DNA of 64,000 bases from Sulfidibacter corallicola (GTDB lineage Bacteria > Acidobacteriota > Holophagae > Acanthopleuribacterales > Acanthopleuribacteraceae). A program made the translations under genes and the position numbers. Positions within the stretch are counted from its first letter, which is position 1. Each line of letters starts with the position of its first letter. This document shows, piece after piece, positions 49,528 through 58,634 of the stretch. The stretch covers positions 7,308,256-7,372,255 of the forward strand of contig NZ_CP071793.1 in NCBI RefSeq assembly GCF_017498545.1. Reading direction: 5' to 3'. Under the pieces are notes generated by a model. That model saw nothing but the letters and a program-made list of their open reading frames with translations, was not told the DNA's origin and did not search any database.

Positions 49528-52008
49528 TCAGTGGCCGACCGAAACCGCGCGCGCCATCGAAGGCTGGCGCATCAGGTTGAACAGGAACGTGGTCCCGGCG
49601 ATCAGGCTTCCATCCTCGGCCACGGCCGTGAGCGAGCTGTTCGCGGGCAAGGGCGTGTCGGGGAACAAGTCGACCAGCAGGATTGCGGTCGGCCGATTCC
49701 CCTCCAACACCAGCTCGCGCGTATTCAGCGGTGATTGTTGGTCGTCGTACAGGGTGAGCGTCACGCGGGTGACGTCCTCGGTTGATTCACCCGCCACCAG
49801 CGCGATGGCGCCGATTTGATCGCCTGGCAGGTAGCCGAACACGAGTTCCGAGGTCAGCGAGGCGGTGAGCGGTGCCGTCGTTTGGGATGGCGACATGCCG
49901 CCGGACACTTCCTCCGTGTTGAAGGTCAGGAAAGAGGCCTCCACCGGGAGGTCGGTGTGCAGGTACAGCGCGTAGCCACTCAGGCCCGGGAACAAGGTGT
50001 CCGCCTGCCAGGTGGCGACCGCCAAGGCGTTCACGGTCACCATCCGCTCGCGGGTCTCGCCCTGCTGGTCCACGGCGCGAACCAGGATGTCGCCCGTTCG
50101 CGTACCCTGGTTGAAGATCGCGATGCGGCTGGTCCATTGGTCGTTGTGCACCACCCAGGGTACCACCGCGCGAAGCGGATGCGTCGGCTGCGCGACCGCG
50201 AACGTGTCGGTGCTGCGATACAAGCGATTTTGAGGATCCAAGGCGACCAGTGTCCCGTCATGGGCGGCCAGGCTCGCCAATTCCCCTTCGAACGCGTTGA
50301 CGTGGTGGGTCCAGTTTAGGAGATCCTCGCTGGCGTACAGATCGCCGGAGGACGCGGCCAGGAGGTAGGACGATCCGGTCCAGGTCAAGGAGCGGGTCAT
50401 GGCGAGGCGGTCGACGGTCCGGAACAACCACGATTGACCGTCGTCGAGGCTGATCAAGACGTCGCCGCCAGGGCTGGTGACCACCCATTTTCCATCCCGG
50501 TACAGAGCACGCACGGGTTGGAAATATCGTTGCTCGGGATAATCGAATAAACGCTCCCAGGCGATGCCGTCCTCGCTGACGGCCACGCCAGCGGTGTCGA
50601 AGCCGAAGAACCGGCCGCCCTGGAAGGCCATGGCCAGAAACTCTTGGCGGTCGTCCGACACCTGAATCCAATCCTCGGCGTCGGTCGCGGACCACACCCG
50701 TCCCGCGCTGTCGAGGGCCAAGGACCGATCCTCACCGCGGACCAATTGGGCGATGTCGAAATCCAAGGCCTCGTGAGTTTCCCAGTTCAGGCCGTCCTCA
50801 CTCGAATGATAGGAACGACCGTTCAAGATCGCGAAATCGCGTCCGGTCCACAGGAGGTCGAGCTGGCTCGATGAAACCGAAACGAAGGTGGTTGTCCAGT
50901 CGCGGCCGTTTTCGCTGGCTGCGATGCGCCCCAGCTCATCGACGACGACGAAGACGCCATTGCCTTCCGCCATTTCCACGATTTCCCAGGAATGGGTGGA
51001 TACGCGGCATGTCCACTGGTCACCATCGGCGCTGTACCACGTCGAGCCGTCGGAACCGCCGGCGATGAAGCGGCCCCCGAACCAGGTCACGCCGGTCAAC
51101 ACGTTGGGCACCGCCGAACCGCATTGCGATTGCCGTGCATGGGCGGCCCAGTTCATCCCGTCGGCGCTCTTCAAGACCTGATTGGCATCGGTGACGATCA
51201 GCCATTGGGAGCCGTTCCGGGCCATGCCGGTCAAACTCCCGGTCGACAGGGAACTCAGGTTCTGCCAGGTATCGCCGTCGTCGCTGATGCGCAATCTTCC
51301 CTCGGGAAATCCCGCATAGAAGCGGCCCTCGAAGCTCTCCAGGAACAAGGGGTTGTCGGACCAACGCTGGCCGTCGTCGCCTCGTTGCCAGGTGTGCCCA
51401 TCGGTCGTGATCCGCGGCGGCGCGTTCTTGGACGCGAACACCAAAACCGTTCCGTTGAAATGCAGGCGAGCTCTGTAGGAATCGATGAAGAGATCGTCGA
51501 ATCCGATTTTTTCCCAGTGAATGCCGTCCGAACTGCGCGCCAGATCGCCGGGGACCACGCACCACCAGGAACCAAAGGCCCAGACCGGGCTTCCCGCTCT
51601 CAACAATTCGGTCGGGTATGGTTGCCATTGAAGGCCTTGCTGGCCGTCGACACCATGCCACACCACCGAACTCCCGGTGGTCGCCAGCAATTGGGTGCCG
51701 TTGTCGGCGATGCCGGTCACCGAGTAGAGCTCACCCTCGAGCAGGTTTTGCCAGGTGTCGCCGTCCGCACTGGTCGCCAGGATGCCCGTGCTGCTCGCTT
51801 CGAAGAGGCTCGCCCCTCCGGCCGAAAGCAACGTTTCGCCGCGGATGTGGAAACGGGCCACGTTGAAGGGACTGCCGGATGGGGTCCAGCCGCCGAAAGA
51901 CGGCCACCCGCTCGTGACGAGAACCAGAATACACAGGCGGAAAAGGATGAGGGGACGGCTCGACAACGAGAGCCGTCTTGGGGATTGCCTATCGATTAAT
52001 CGTCTCAT
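49528..52008 (-). CDS. BNR/Asp-box repeat beta-propeller protein (sialidase-like fold) with a signal/anchor. Paralogue 1.
   Basis: At least 8 SxDGxxW-type motifs (SSDGIHW, TDGHTW, SDDGDTW, SADGMNW, SADGDQW, SEDGLNW, SEDGIAW, LDDGQSW). N-terminal hydrophobic segment. Start overlaps the upstream paralogue's stop as ATGA. Confidence 0.6.
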   Translation of the reverse strand: MRRLIDRQSPRRLSLSSRPLILFRLCILVLVTSGWPSFGGWTPSGSPFNVARFHIRGETLLSAGGASLFEASSTGILATSADGDTWQNLLEGELYSVTGIADNGTQLLATTGSSVVWHGVDGQQGLQWQPYPTELLRAGSPVWAFGSWWCVVPGDLARSSDGIHWEKIGFDDLFIDSYRARLHFNGTVLVFASKNAPPRITTDGHTWQRGDDGQRWSDNPLFLESFEGRFYAGFPEGRLRISDDGDTWQNLSSLSTGSLTGMARNGSQWLIVTDANQVLKSADGMNWAAHARQSQCGSAVPNVLTGVTWFGGRFIAGGSDGSTWYSADGDQWTCRVSTHSWEIVEMAEGNGVFVVVDELGRIAASENGRDWTTTFVSVSSSQLDLLWTGRDFAILNGRSYHSSEDGLNWETHEALDFDIAQLVRGEDRSLALDSAGRVWSATDAEDWIQVSDDRQEFLAMAFQGGRFFGFDTAGVAVSEDGIAWERLFDYPEQRYFQPVRALYRDGKWVVTSPGGDVLISLDDGQSWLFRTVDRLAMTRSLTWTGSSYLLAASSGDLYASEDLLNWTHHVNAFEGELASLAAHDGTLVALDPQNRLYRSTDTFAVAQPTHPLRAVVPWVVHNDQWTSRIAIFNQGTRTGDILVRAVDQQGETRERMVTVNALAVATWQADTLFPGLSGYALYLHTDLPVEASFLTFNTEEVSGGMSPSQTTAPLTASLTSELVFGYLPGDQIGAIALVAGESTEDVTRVTLTLYDDQQSPLNTRELVLEGNRPTAILLVDLFPDTPLPANSSLTAVAEDGSLIAGTTFLFNLMRQPSMARAVSVGH

Positions 52009-54590
52009 TGTTGGACCTCCAGGGAAATCGCGGCGGCCATCGAGGGTTGCCGATTGTCGTTGAACACGAAGGTCGTGCCGGTGATGGGGGCGCCGTCTTG
52101 GGCGGTCGCCATCACGGTCCAGTGGCCCTCGGGGTCGCTCGGCCCGATCCAGTGGGTGGGGAAAGGAATCGCGGTCGGCTGGTTGCCCTCCAGATGGACC
52201 TCACCGGTTTCGATGGTGACGCCATCCTTGAAATACTCCAGCACGACGGGCGTACGGGTGGCGCCGAGTTCGGGGCAGACCAAGACCAGGGCCGCGTGCC
52301 CGTCGGTGGGCAGGTAACCGAAAAGGGCCCGGGAGCTCAGGGACTCGACGGAAACCGCGGTCGCTTGGGACGGAGACGAACCACCGGACAGGGCCTCGCG
52401 GTTGAAGGTGATGTAGGAGGCGGTGACGTTCGTTCCGTCGCCGATCAGGAACAGGCTGTACCCGGTCATGTCACCGAACAGCTCGTTCCCGGTGTAGGCC
52501 CGAACCGCCTGGCTCGGCAGCGTCAGCTCGATGTCGCGGGTCTGGCCGTCCTGGTCCACGGCCCGCAAAACCAACTCTTTGGGGAATTCGTCGGCATTGA
52601 AGAAGGTCACGCGGCTAGACCACTGATCGTTGTTGACGATCCAGGGCAGCACGATGGCCGCCGGATCCGAAACCGGCACCTCCACTTCGGGTTGCCACTG
52701 TCCGGTCGCCAATTTACCAAACTGATCGAGGGCGATGGTGGCAGAGGGGGTCGTGAACAGGGCGTGGGGTTGGAACGGCAGCTCAGGCGAGGGGACCTCG
52801 GTCCAGGTGCGGCCGTTCTCGCTGATGAAGGTCCCGCTGTCGGCCAGCATCAGGAAGGTGTCGCCGAACAGGTCCAAGGAGCGAATGGCGTCGCCCGAGA
52901 GGTGACCGGGTCGATAACTGTCCGCCCAGTGAATGCCATCCACGGAGGCCATCAATCGGTCGGTTCCCTCGATGCTCAAGTGGAGCCGTTCATTGGTCAC
53001 GGGAAACACGGGAACGGGACCAGTCCGTCGTTTCGCGAGCCAGACGTCTTCTTCTTCGCGCACCCTGAATTCCGAGGTGGAGATGGCTGCGATTCGGTCA
53101 TCATGACTTACCAGGCCGACGCGTTGGTCAGACGTGAAAAGGGTCGTGGAAAACAGGGTTTCTTGTCGCGTCAGATTCATCGCATCGTCGAGGACGTGGA
53201 GAGCGCCCAGCCTGTCGAGAATCCAAAATCGATTTTGGGCGTAGGTGATCGAAATCAGGTCGCGTTTGGTGCCCAGGTGGTGCGGCTCCCAAACTTCGCC
53301 GTCAGGGGAACTGAAGGCCCGGCCATAGGAGGAGACCGCCACGTAACGGCTGCCACTCCAGGCCACGTCGAAGAATGCGTAGTCGTCCAGGGCGGGGGGA
53401 GGAAGCGTTTTGTACCAACGAACGCCATCGGTCGTATTCAGCAGCGCGTTTCCGAGGAAAAACAAGCGGGAACCCAGACGTTTGGATAGGTGTCGTCCAG
53501 AGCGCAGGCGAGGGGCCGCCTGTAACCACCGAATGCCGTCCATACTGGTCAGCATGTGACCCGCTGCGGTCGGGAGCCAAAGACGTCCGCCCGCAACCAT
53601 GAGGGTCAGGTTCGGTCGGTGCGGCTGGCCGGTGACTTCGTCCATTGGCGCGGAAATCCGTTGCCAATCGCGTCCGTCATCACTCACCATCGTGCCCGCT
53701 TGGTTCAACTCCACATACCGGGTTCCATCCCACGCCAGGCCGACCGGATCCTGAATCACGTTCGTTTCGAACGTGGTCCAGGTGAGACCGTCGGCACTCG
53801 TGGCCGCATGCCCGTCCGTCCCGCGCAACAGGAATTCCGTCCCGGTCCATACGGCGTACAGCCAATCGGTTCGGGGTTCTCGAAGGGCCTCGATGTCCGG
53901 TGTCCAACCGTTGGCTTCGTCGTAGGCATGTACCTCGTTGCGGGAGATCACCAGAAACCGCTCACCGTTGCCGACCAGCTTCAGGTCGTCGGTGGTTCGC
54001 TCCACGGAATGGTCGATGAGTTCCTGCCAGACCTGGCCCGTGGCATCGGACAAGAAAATTTGATGGTCGAAGGTACCCGTGATGGCGATCAAACGGGTGC
54101 CATCCCACAAGAGATGGGTCGCCGTGGTCGGCGATTCAGGCACGGGCTGCCAAGATCTGCCATCGCTGCTGGTGTGCATGCCTCCGGCACCTGCGGCGAC
54201 ATAGCGTTGCCCGGTCCAGACGACGGCGATCGGCGTGTGCTCGGACAGGGCGACGCCGGCCCAGTGCCATCCGTCTGCACTGAACCAGAATCCGCCGTTG
54301 TTGTTCACCGAATTCCCGCAGGCGACGAACCCCGGGTCACCATGGGCGATGCCGTGAAAGTCTCCCTCGAGCAGGGACGTGGTCCATGTATCGCGGGCGA
54401 ACAGGCCGTTGGAACCGGCAACGATCAGCATCGCGAGAAGTGCGACATATCGAATTCGGTGGGCGAGGCGGGGTCCGGTTCCCGGTTGGGGGATGTTGCC
54501 CGCGTTGCGTGACCAACCCGAGTTGGGGTTGGAAGGGTGAGCGTCTCCGGATGGAGGGCGAACCTCGGTTCGCGGAAGGAGAATTGCCAT
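52005..54590 (-). CDS. BNR/Asp-box repeat beta-propeller protein. Paralogue 2, sharing its C-terminal ~250 aa domain with paralogue 1.
   Basis: Motifs SADGWHW, SSDGRSW, SADGLTW, SDDGRDW and others. C-terminus LPWIVNNDQWSSRVTFFNADE...LRAVDQDGQTRD aligns with PWVVHNDQWTSRIAIFNQGT...VRAVDQQGETRE of paralogue 1. Confidence 0.6.
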   Translation of the reverse strand: MAILLPRTEVRPPSGDAHPSNPNSGWSRNAGNIPQPGTGPRLAHRIRYVALLAMLIVAGSNGLFARDTWTTSLLEGDFHGIAHGDPGFVACGNSVNNNGGFWFSADGWHWAGVALSEHTPIAVVWTGQRYVAAGAGGMHTSSDGRSWQPVPESPTTATHLLWDGTRLIAITGTFDHQIFLSDATGQVWQELIDHSVERTTDDLKLVGNGERFLVISRNEVHAYDEANGWTPDIEALREPRTDWLYAVWTGTEFLLRGTDGHAATSADGLTWTTFETNVIQDPVGLAWDGTRYVELNQAGTMVSDDGRDWQRISAPMDEVTGQPHRPNLTLMVAGGRLWLPTAAGHMLTSMDGIRWLQAAPRLRSGRHLSKRLGSRLFFLGNALLNTTDGVRWYKTLPPPALDDYAFFDVAWSGSRYVAVSSYGRAFSSPDGEVWEPHHLGTKRDLISITYAQNRFWILDRLGALHVLDDAMNLTRQETLFSTTLFTSDQRVGLVSHDDRIAAISTSEFRVREEEDVWLAKRRTGPVPVFPVTNERLHLSIEGTDRLMASVDGIHWADSYRPGHLSGDAIRSLDLFGDTFLMLADSGTFISENGRTWTEVPSPELPFQPHALFTTPSATIALDQFGKLATGQWQPEVEVPVSDPAAIVLPWIVNNDQWSSRVTFFNADEFPKELVLRAVDQDGQTRDIELTLPSQAVRAYTGNELFGDMTGYSLFLIGDGTNVTASYITFNREALSGGSSPSQATAVSVESLSSRALFGYLPTDGHAALVLVCPELGATRTPVVLEYFKDGVTIETGEVHLEGNQPTAIPFPTHWIGPSDPEGHWTVMATAQDGAPITGTTFVFNDNRQPSMAAAISLEVQQ

Positions 54591-55010
54591 GAAACATACC
54601 TTTTGGTCTTACAGCCCGAAGGCCATGAATTTGACGCGTCATTCGGCTCGGCGTGGCGATTTGAGGAAATCACCCGAAAGTCGTTGGGCTCGTCGAACTT
54701 GTTTGATGCCCACGAGCAAAAGAGCGCGAAGTCACGATGACCTTCGTCTCTTTTCCCAGGGCCTAGCGGCACACGCTCGCGCTCTGTCAATGAAAAGCGC
54801 AATTTTTTCGGCGAAAGGGTCAATGGGTTCGAGAGAGATCGGGTGTGGATGTCGTCCTCTCAGGCAGGTCGTCCTCGCCCTTCGCATCGACCCCCAATCC
54901 GGGCCCATCCAGCCCGGGGGCCCGCGCTCCAGTCGTAGGCAAATCCTTGGGGATTTGATAAGGTAGGCCATCCGACGTTTTTTTATGATGTGTGTTTCGA
55001 TTACCATAGG

Positions 55011-56642
55011 ATGGCTTCCATGCTCTTGAGCTTTGACTGGGTGACCTCGATCCGGGCAATGGCCGTGACGGCCTGTTTTCTATTACTTTCCTGCGGACCG
55101 ACCGACTCCGCCAAAAAAGAAGATGTTAAGGACGATTCCCGCCCGCGCCAGGCCCAAGCTGCGCCGGCGCGCGCCGTCATTCTCGCCATCAACGATGTCT
55201 ATCGCATCGAAGGGGCCGCGGACGGAACCCTCGGGGGGCTGGCACGGGTTCGGACGTTGCGTCGTCAATTGAACGATGGTGGTGATCCGGTTTTGGTGTT
55301 GCACGCCGGAGACGCCCTCGCACCCGCGCTGATGAGCAAAAAATTCAACGGCGGAGAGCAGATGATCGACGTGCTCAACCTGCTGGACGGCGATGGCGAG
55401 GCTTTCGACCCCCACATGGTGATGACGTTCGGCAATCACGAGTTCGACCTGAAGACGGCCGAACTCCTCGACGCCCGGGTGGAGCAGTCGCAATTCACCT
55501 GGCTGGACACCAACATCGACTGGGCCGACGGAGAAGCGGGCGAGGAAGTCGTGGCTGCCGATCACCTGGTCAAGACCCACCGGGTCGAAATGGGTGGCCT
55601 GACCATCGGCCTGTTTTCGCTGACCACCGACGAAGCCCACCCAGAATACATTGCGGAATTCGGGGACCTGAGTGCCACCGCCCGCACCACGGTCGCCCAT
55701 CTACGCGGATCCGGTTGTGACGTGGTGGTCGGCCTCACCCACCTGCGCGTCTCCCAGGACCAGGCGCTGCTCGAGGAGCTGGGTGCCGAAGGTCCCGACC
55801 TGATCGTCGGCGGCCACGACCACGTGGCGGTGGAGCGCAATGTCGACGGACGTTGGCTGGTCAAGGCCGATGCCGATGCGCTTTCGGCACGGGTGATCGA
55901 GTTGGAACGCGATGCCGGCACCCTCAAGATCAAACAACGCCTGGTTCGGTTGGGCGCGGAAGGGCTCGACGTCCTCGATCCCACCGTCGACGAGCGCGTC
56001 CAGTCCTGGCTGAAACGCTTCGATCCCGACGGCGCCTTGGCCGAACCGGTCGGCGTCACCCAGGTCGAACTCAACGCCGAAGAACTCACCATCCGGCGCT
56101 ACGAGACGAATCTGGGCAGTTGGGTCGCCGATCAGATGCGCGACGCCATCAAGGGCAAGCCCGCCCAAATCGCCCTGGTCAATTCCGGCAGCCTGCGCCT
56201 CAACGACGTGATCCCGCCAGGAAACGTTACGCGCGGACACTTGAAGGAACTCCTGCCCTACGCCACCGATCTGGTGATGGTCTCGTTGACCGGTGCCGAT
56301 ATCGATCGGGCCCTCCAACACAGCGTGTCGGACTGGAACGCCAGCGGGCACTTTCTGCAGGTCAGCGGTCTCAAGTTCGACCACCTCGTCGCCGAGAGCA
56401 AGGCCGCCAACATCCACTACCGCGATGGCGATGCCTGGGTGCCGCTCGATCCGGCGGCGACCTACAGCGTCATGCTGTCCGGGTATATCGCGGGTGGCAA
56501 GGACGGCTATCCGCATTTCGCCGAGGCCAAGCGCCTGGGTGAAGGTGGCGATTTGGAAAAATTGCTCATGGCGAGACTGAAGGTCGCCGGGAAAGCGGGC
56601 ATCGCGCCCAAGGTCATGGGCCGCATTCAGACCATCGAATAG
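55011..56642 (+). CDS. Lipoprotein 5'-nucleotidase / UDP-sugar hydrolase family metallophosphoesterase
   Basis: Lipobox LLLSCG after an ATG at 55011 (the ORF track starts at a GTG at 54990). Metallophosphatase motifs (LHAGD, GNHEFD). C-terminal 5'-nucleotidase substrate-binding domain. Confidence 0.8.
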   Translation: MASMLLSFDWVTSIRAMAVTACFLLLSCGPTDSAKKEDVKDDSRPRQAQAAPARAVILAINDVYRIEGAADGTLGGLARVRTLRRQLNDGGDPVLVLHAGDALAPALMSKKFNGGEQMIDVLNLLDGDGEAFDPHMVMTFGNHEFDLKTAELLDARVEQSQFTWLDTNIDWADGEAGEEVVAADHLVKTHRVEMGGLTIGLFSLTTDEAHPEYIAEFGDLSATARTTVAHLRGSGCDVVVGLTHLRVSQDQALLEELGAEGPDLIVGGHDHVAVERNVDGRWLVKADADALSARVIELERDAGTLKIKQRLVRLGAEGLDVLDPTVDERVQSWLKRFDPDGALAEPVGVTQVELNAEELTIRRYETNLGSWVADQMRDAIKGKPAQIALVNSGSLRLNDVIPPGNVTRGHLKELLPYATDLVMVSLTGADIDRALQHSVSDWNASGHFLQVSGLKFDHLVAESKAANIHYRDGDAWVPLDPAATYSVMLSGYIAGGKDGYPHFAEAKRLGEGGDLEKLLMARLKVAGKAGIAPKVMGRIQTIE

Positions 56643-57031
56643 CATGCGAAACCGGGCGACCCCTGGACTGGGCTCGTGTGGCGACCGGCACCGGTCGCTT
56701 CACCGGGATGATCGGCACCAGGCATCCAGGTGGCTGAGGGTTTTGGGGTTCCGCTTCGGTTATGGGGATTGACAAACCGGGGGTGACCTACCTACAGTTT
56801 CAGGTTTACTCCCGGTTTTGGTTTCAGCTCGACACGAGTGCGGGTGGCATCACGACGCCCCGCCAATGGGTTCCGGAAGGTGCGCTGCCTATATCCACGG
56901 CGCGCCTCGGCCAGCGAGTTCTGCGATGCCGCCTTCGAGCGAGGGGGTTCGTTCCCGTTCCCGGTCTCTCCCAAGCCAACCTGCCGAGGTCCATCGGTGC
57001 CTCGGATGAATCACGACACTTAATATAGAGG

Positions 57032-58501
57032 GTGGATCTCGTGAAGTACGTCAAGCGTTCAATCTCTGCCAATCTCCGCCGTGGTCGCCAATCGCGCGCG
57101 ACCCATTATTTGTTCTGGGTTCTGGGCGCCCTGCTGTGGTGCGCGTCGGGTTCGGGTCTCGCCCTTGCCGGCGATGCCGCCGCCAAGGTCGCCGCGGGTC
57201 CCATGTTGGGACATGTAGACATCGTCGAAGCCACCATTTGGCTGCAGACGCGCGTTCCGGCCCGCGTCTCGATTCGTTACCGGGCCGAGGGCGGCCAGTC
57301 GCTGACCTCCGCGTCGGTCGAAACCGAGCCGGAAACCTATCACACGGCCCACGTTCGCCTGCCAAACCTCAAAGAGAATACCGAGTACAGCTATCAGGTC
57401 CTGGTGGACGGCGAGGAGATCTCCCAGAGCCATCGTTTCAAGACCCAGGCAAATTGGAAGTGGCGGCGCCACCCGCCCGACTTCCGCTTCGCGTTAGGCT
57501 CCTGTTACTTCAACAACGAGAAGGAGTTCGATCGCGATGGCAAACCCTACGGCGACAAGTTCCACATTTTCGACAACATCGCCGCCCAGAAACCGGACTT
57601 CATGATCTGGATGGGGGACAACACCTACTTCCGCGAGTCGGACTTCTTTTCGGTGACCCGTCTCAACCGCCGCATGGCCCGCGATCGCGGCATGCCCTTC
57701 CTGCAAAAGCTCCTGGCCAGCACGGCCCATTACGCCACTTGGGATGACCACGACTTCGGTCCCGACGACGGCGACCGCTCCTACCAACTCAAGGACGAAA
57801 CCCTGCGGATGTTCAAGCTCTACTGGGCCAACCCGGCTTACGGTTTGCCGGAGGCCAAGGGGGTTTTCGGCAAATTCGAGTGGGCCGATTGCGAATTTTT
57901 TCTGTTGGACGACCGCTATCACCGAGCGCCCCACCGCGATCCGGATCCCGACAAACCCTACCTCGGGCCGGTTCAGCTCCAGTGGCTGAAGGATCAATTG
58001 ATCACCAGCCGCGCCACCTTCAAATTCATCGTCAACGGCAATCAGGTGGTCAATACCTACAGCCGTCACGAGAGTTACTACCTGTACCGCACGGAGCACC
58101 AGAACCTGATGAACTGGTTGAACGACCACGCCATCGAAGGTGTCGTGTTCCTTTCCGGTGATCGCCACTACTCCGAGCTGCTCAAGATGGAACGCCCCGG
58201 CAGCTATCCGTTCTACGAGTTCACCAGTTCGCCGCTGACCAGCGGTACCATTTACGGAATGGGCGATGAGGCCGACAACCACATGCGGGTGCCGGGCGCG
58301 CTGCTCACCGACGACCGCAACTTCGGCATCGTCGAAATCACCGGCGAGGGACAGAAGAACCGCGTGCTGACGTTCAAGTCGTACGACTCCGAGGGCAAGC
58401 TTCGGTTCGAGCACCAGGTCAAGCGATCCGATCTCGAGATCAAGAAGCGGAAGAGAATGCCGCCCAAGTTCCCCTCCATCCCCAAAAAGAAAAAGAAGTG
58501 A
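57032..58501 (+). CDS. phoD: PhoD-like alkaline phosphatase. Probable Tat substrate.
   Basis: PhoD-family layout (WDDHDFGPDDGD; GDRHYSEL). N-terminal RR-containing signal region (NLRRGRQSRATHYLFWVLGALLW). An alternative GTG start at 57041 has a GGGTGG RBS. Confidence 0.8.
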   Translation: MDLVKYVKRSISANLRRGRQSRATHYLFWVLGALLWCASGSGLALAGDAAAKVAAGPMLGHVDIVEATIWLQTRVPARVSIRYRAEGGQSLTSASVETEPETYHTAHVRLPNLKENTEYSYQVLVDGEEISQSHRFKTQANWKWRRHPPDFRFALGSCYFNNEKEFDRDGKPYGDKFHIFDNIAAQKPDFMIWMGDNTYFRESDFFSVTRLNRRMARDRGMPFLQKLLASTAHYATWDDHDFGPDDGDRSYQLKDETLRMFKLYWANPAYGLPEAKGVFGKFEWADCEFFLLDDRYHRAPHRDPDPDKPYLGPVQLQWLKDQLITSRATFKFIVNGNQVVNTYSRHESYYLYRTEHQNLMNWLNDHAIEGVVFLSGDRHYSELLKMERPGSYPFYEFTSSPLTSGTIYGMGDEADNHMRVPGALLTDDRNFGIVEITGEGQKNRVLTFKSYDSEGKLRFEHQVKRSDLEIKKRKRMPPKFPSIPKKKKK

Positions 58502-58535
58502 TCGATGGCCGGGGGGCCATGGCGCCCTCCACGAA

Positions 58536-58570
58536 AAAGGCCCCCGAGGGAAGATCCCACGGGGGCCGGT
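58536..58570 (+). terminator. Putative terminator hairpin after phoD (GGCCCCCG-AGGGAAGATCCCA-CGGGGGCC)
   Basis: 8-bp GC stem 35 bp after the stop. No strong T-run, so confidence is modest. Confidence 0.35.
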
Positions 58571-58634
58571 TCGGTGGGTGACCGAACGGCTGCGATGCCG
58601 GTCGATCACCTCTATCTGCTCGTTCTGGAACGGA

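Noticed and set aside
54990-56642. Possible phosphate-starvation (Pho) island including 5'-nucleotidase and PhoD
   Set aside because: It is an ordinary pairing of secreted phosphatases. No Pho box could be confidently read in the promoters, so I list them only as features.
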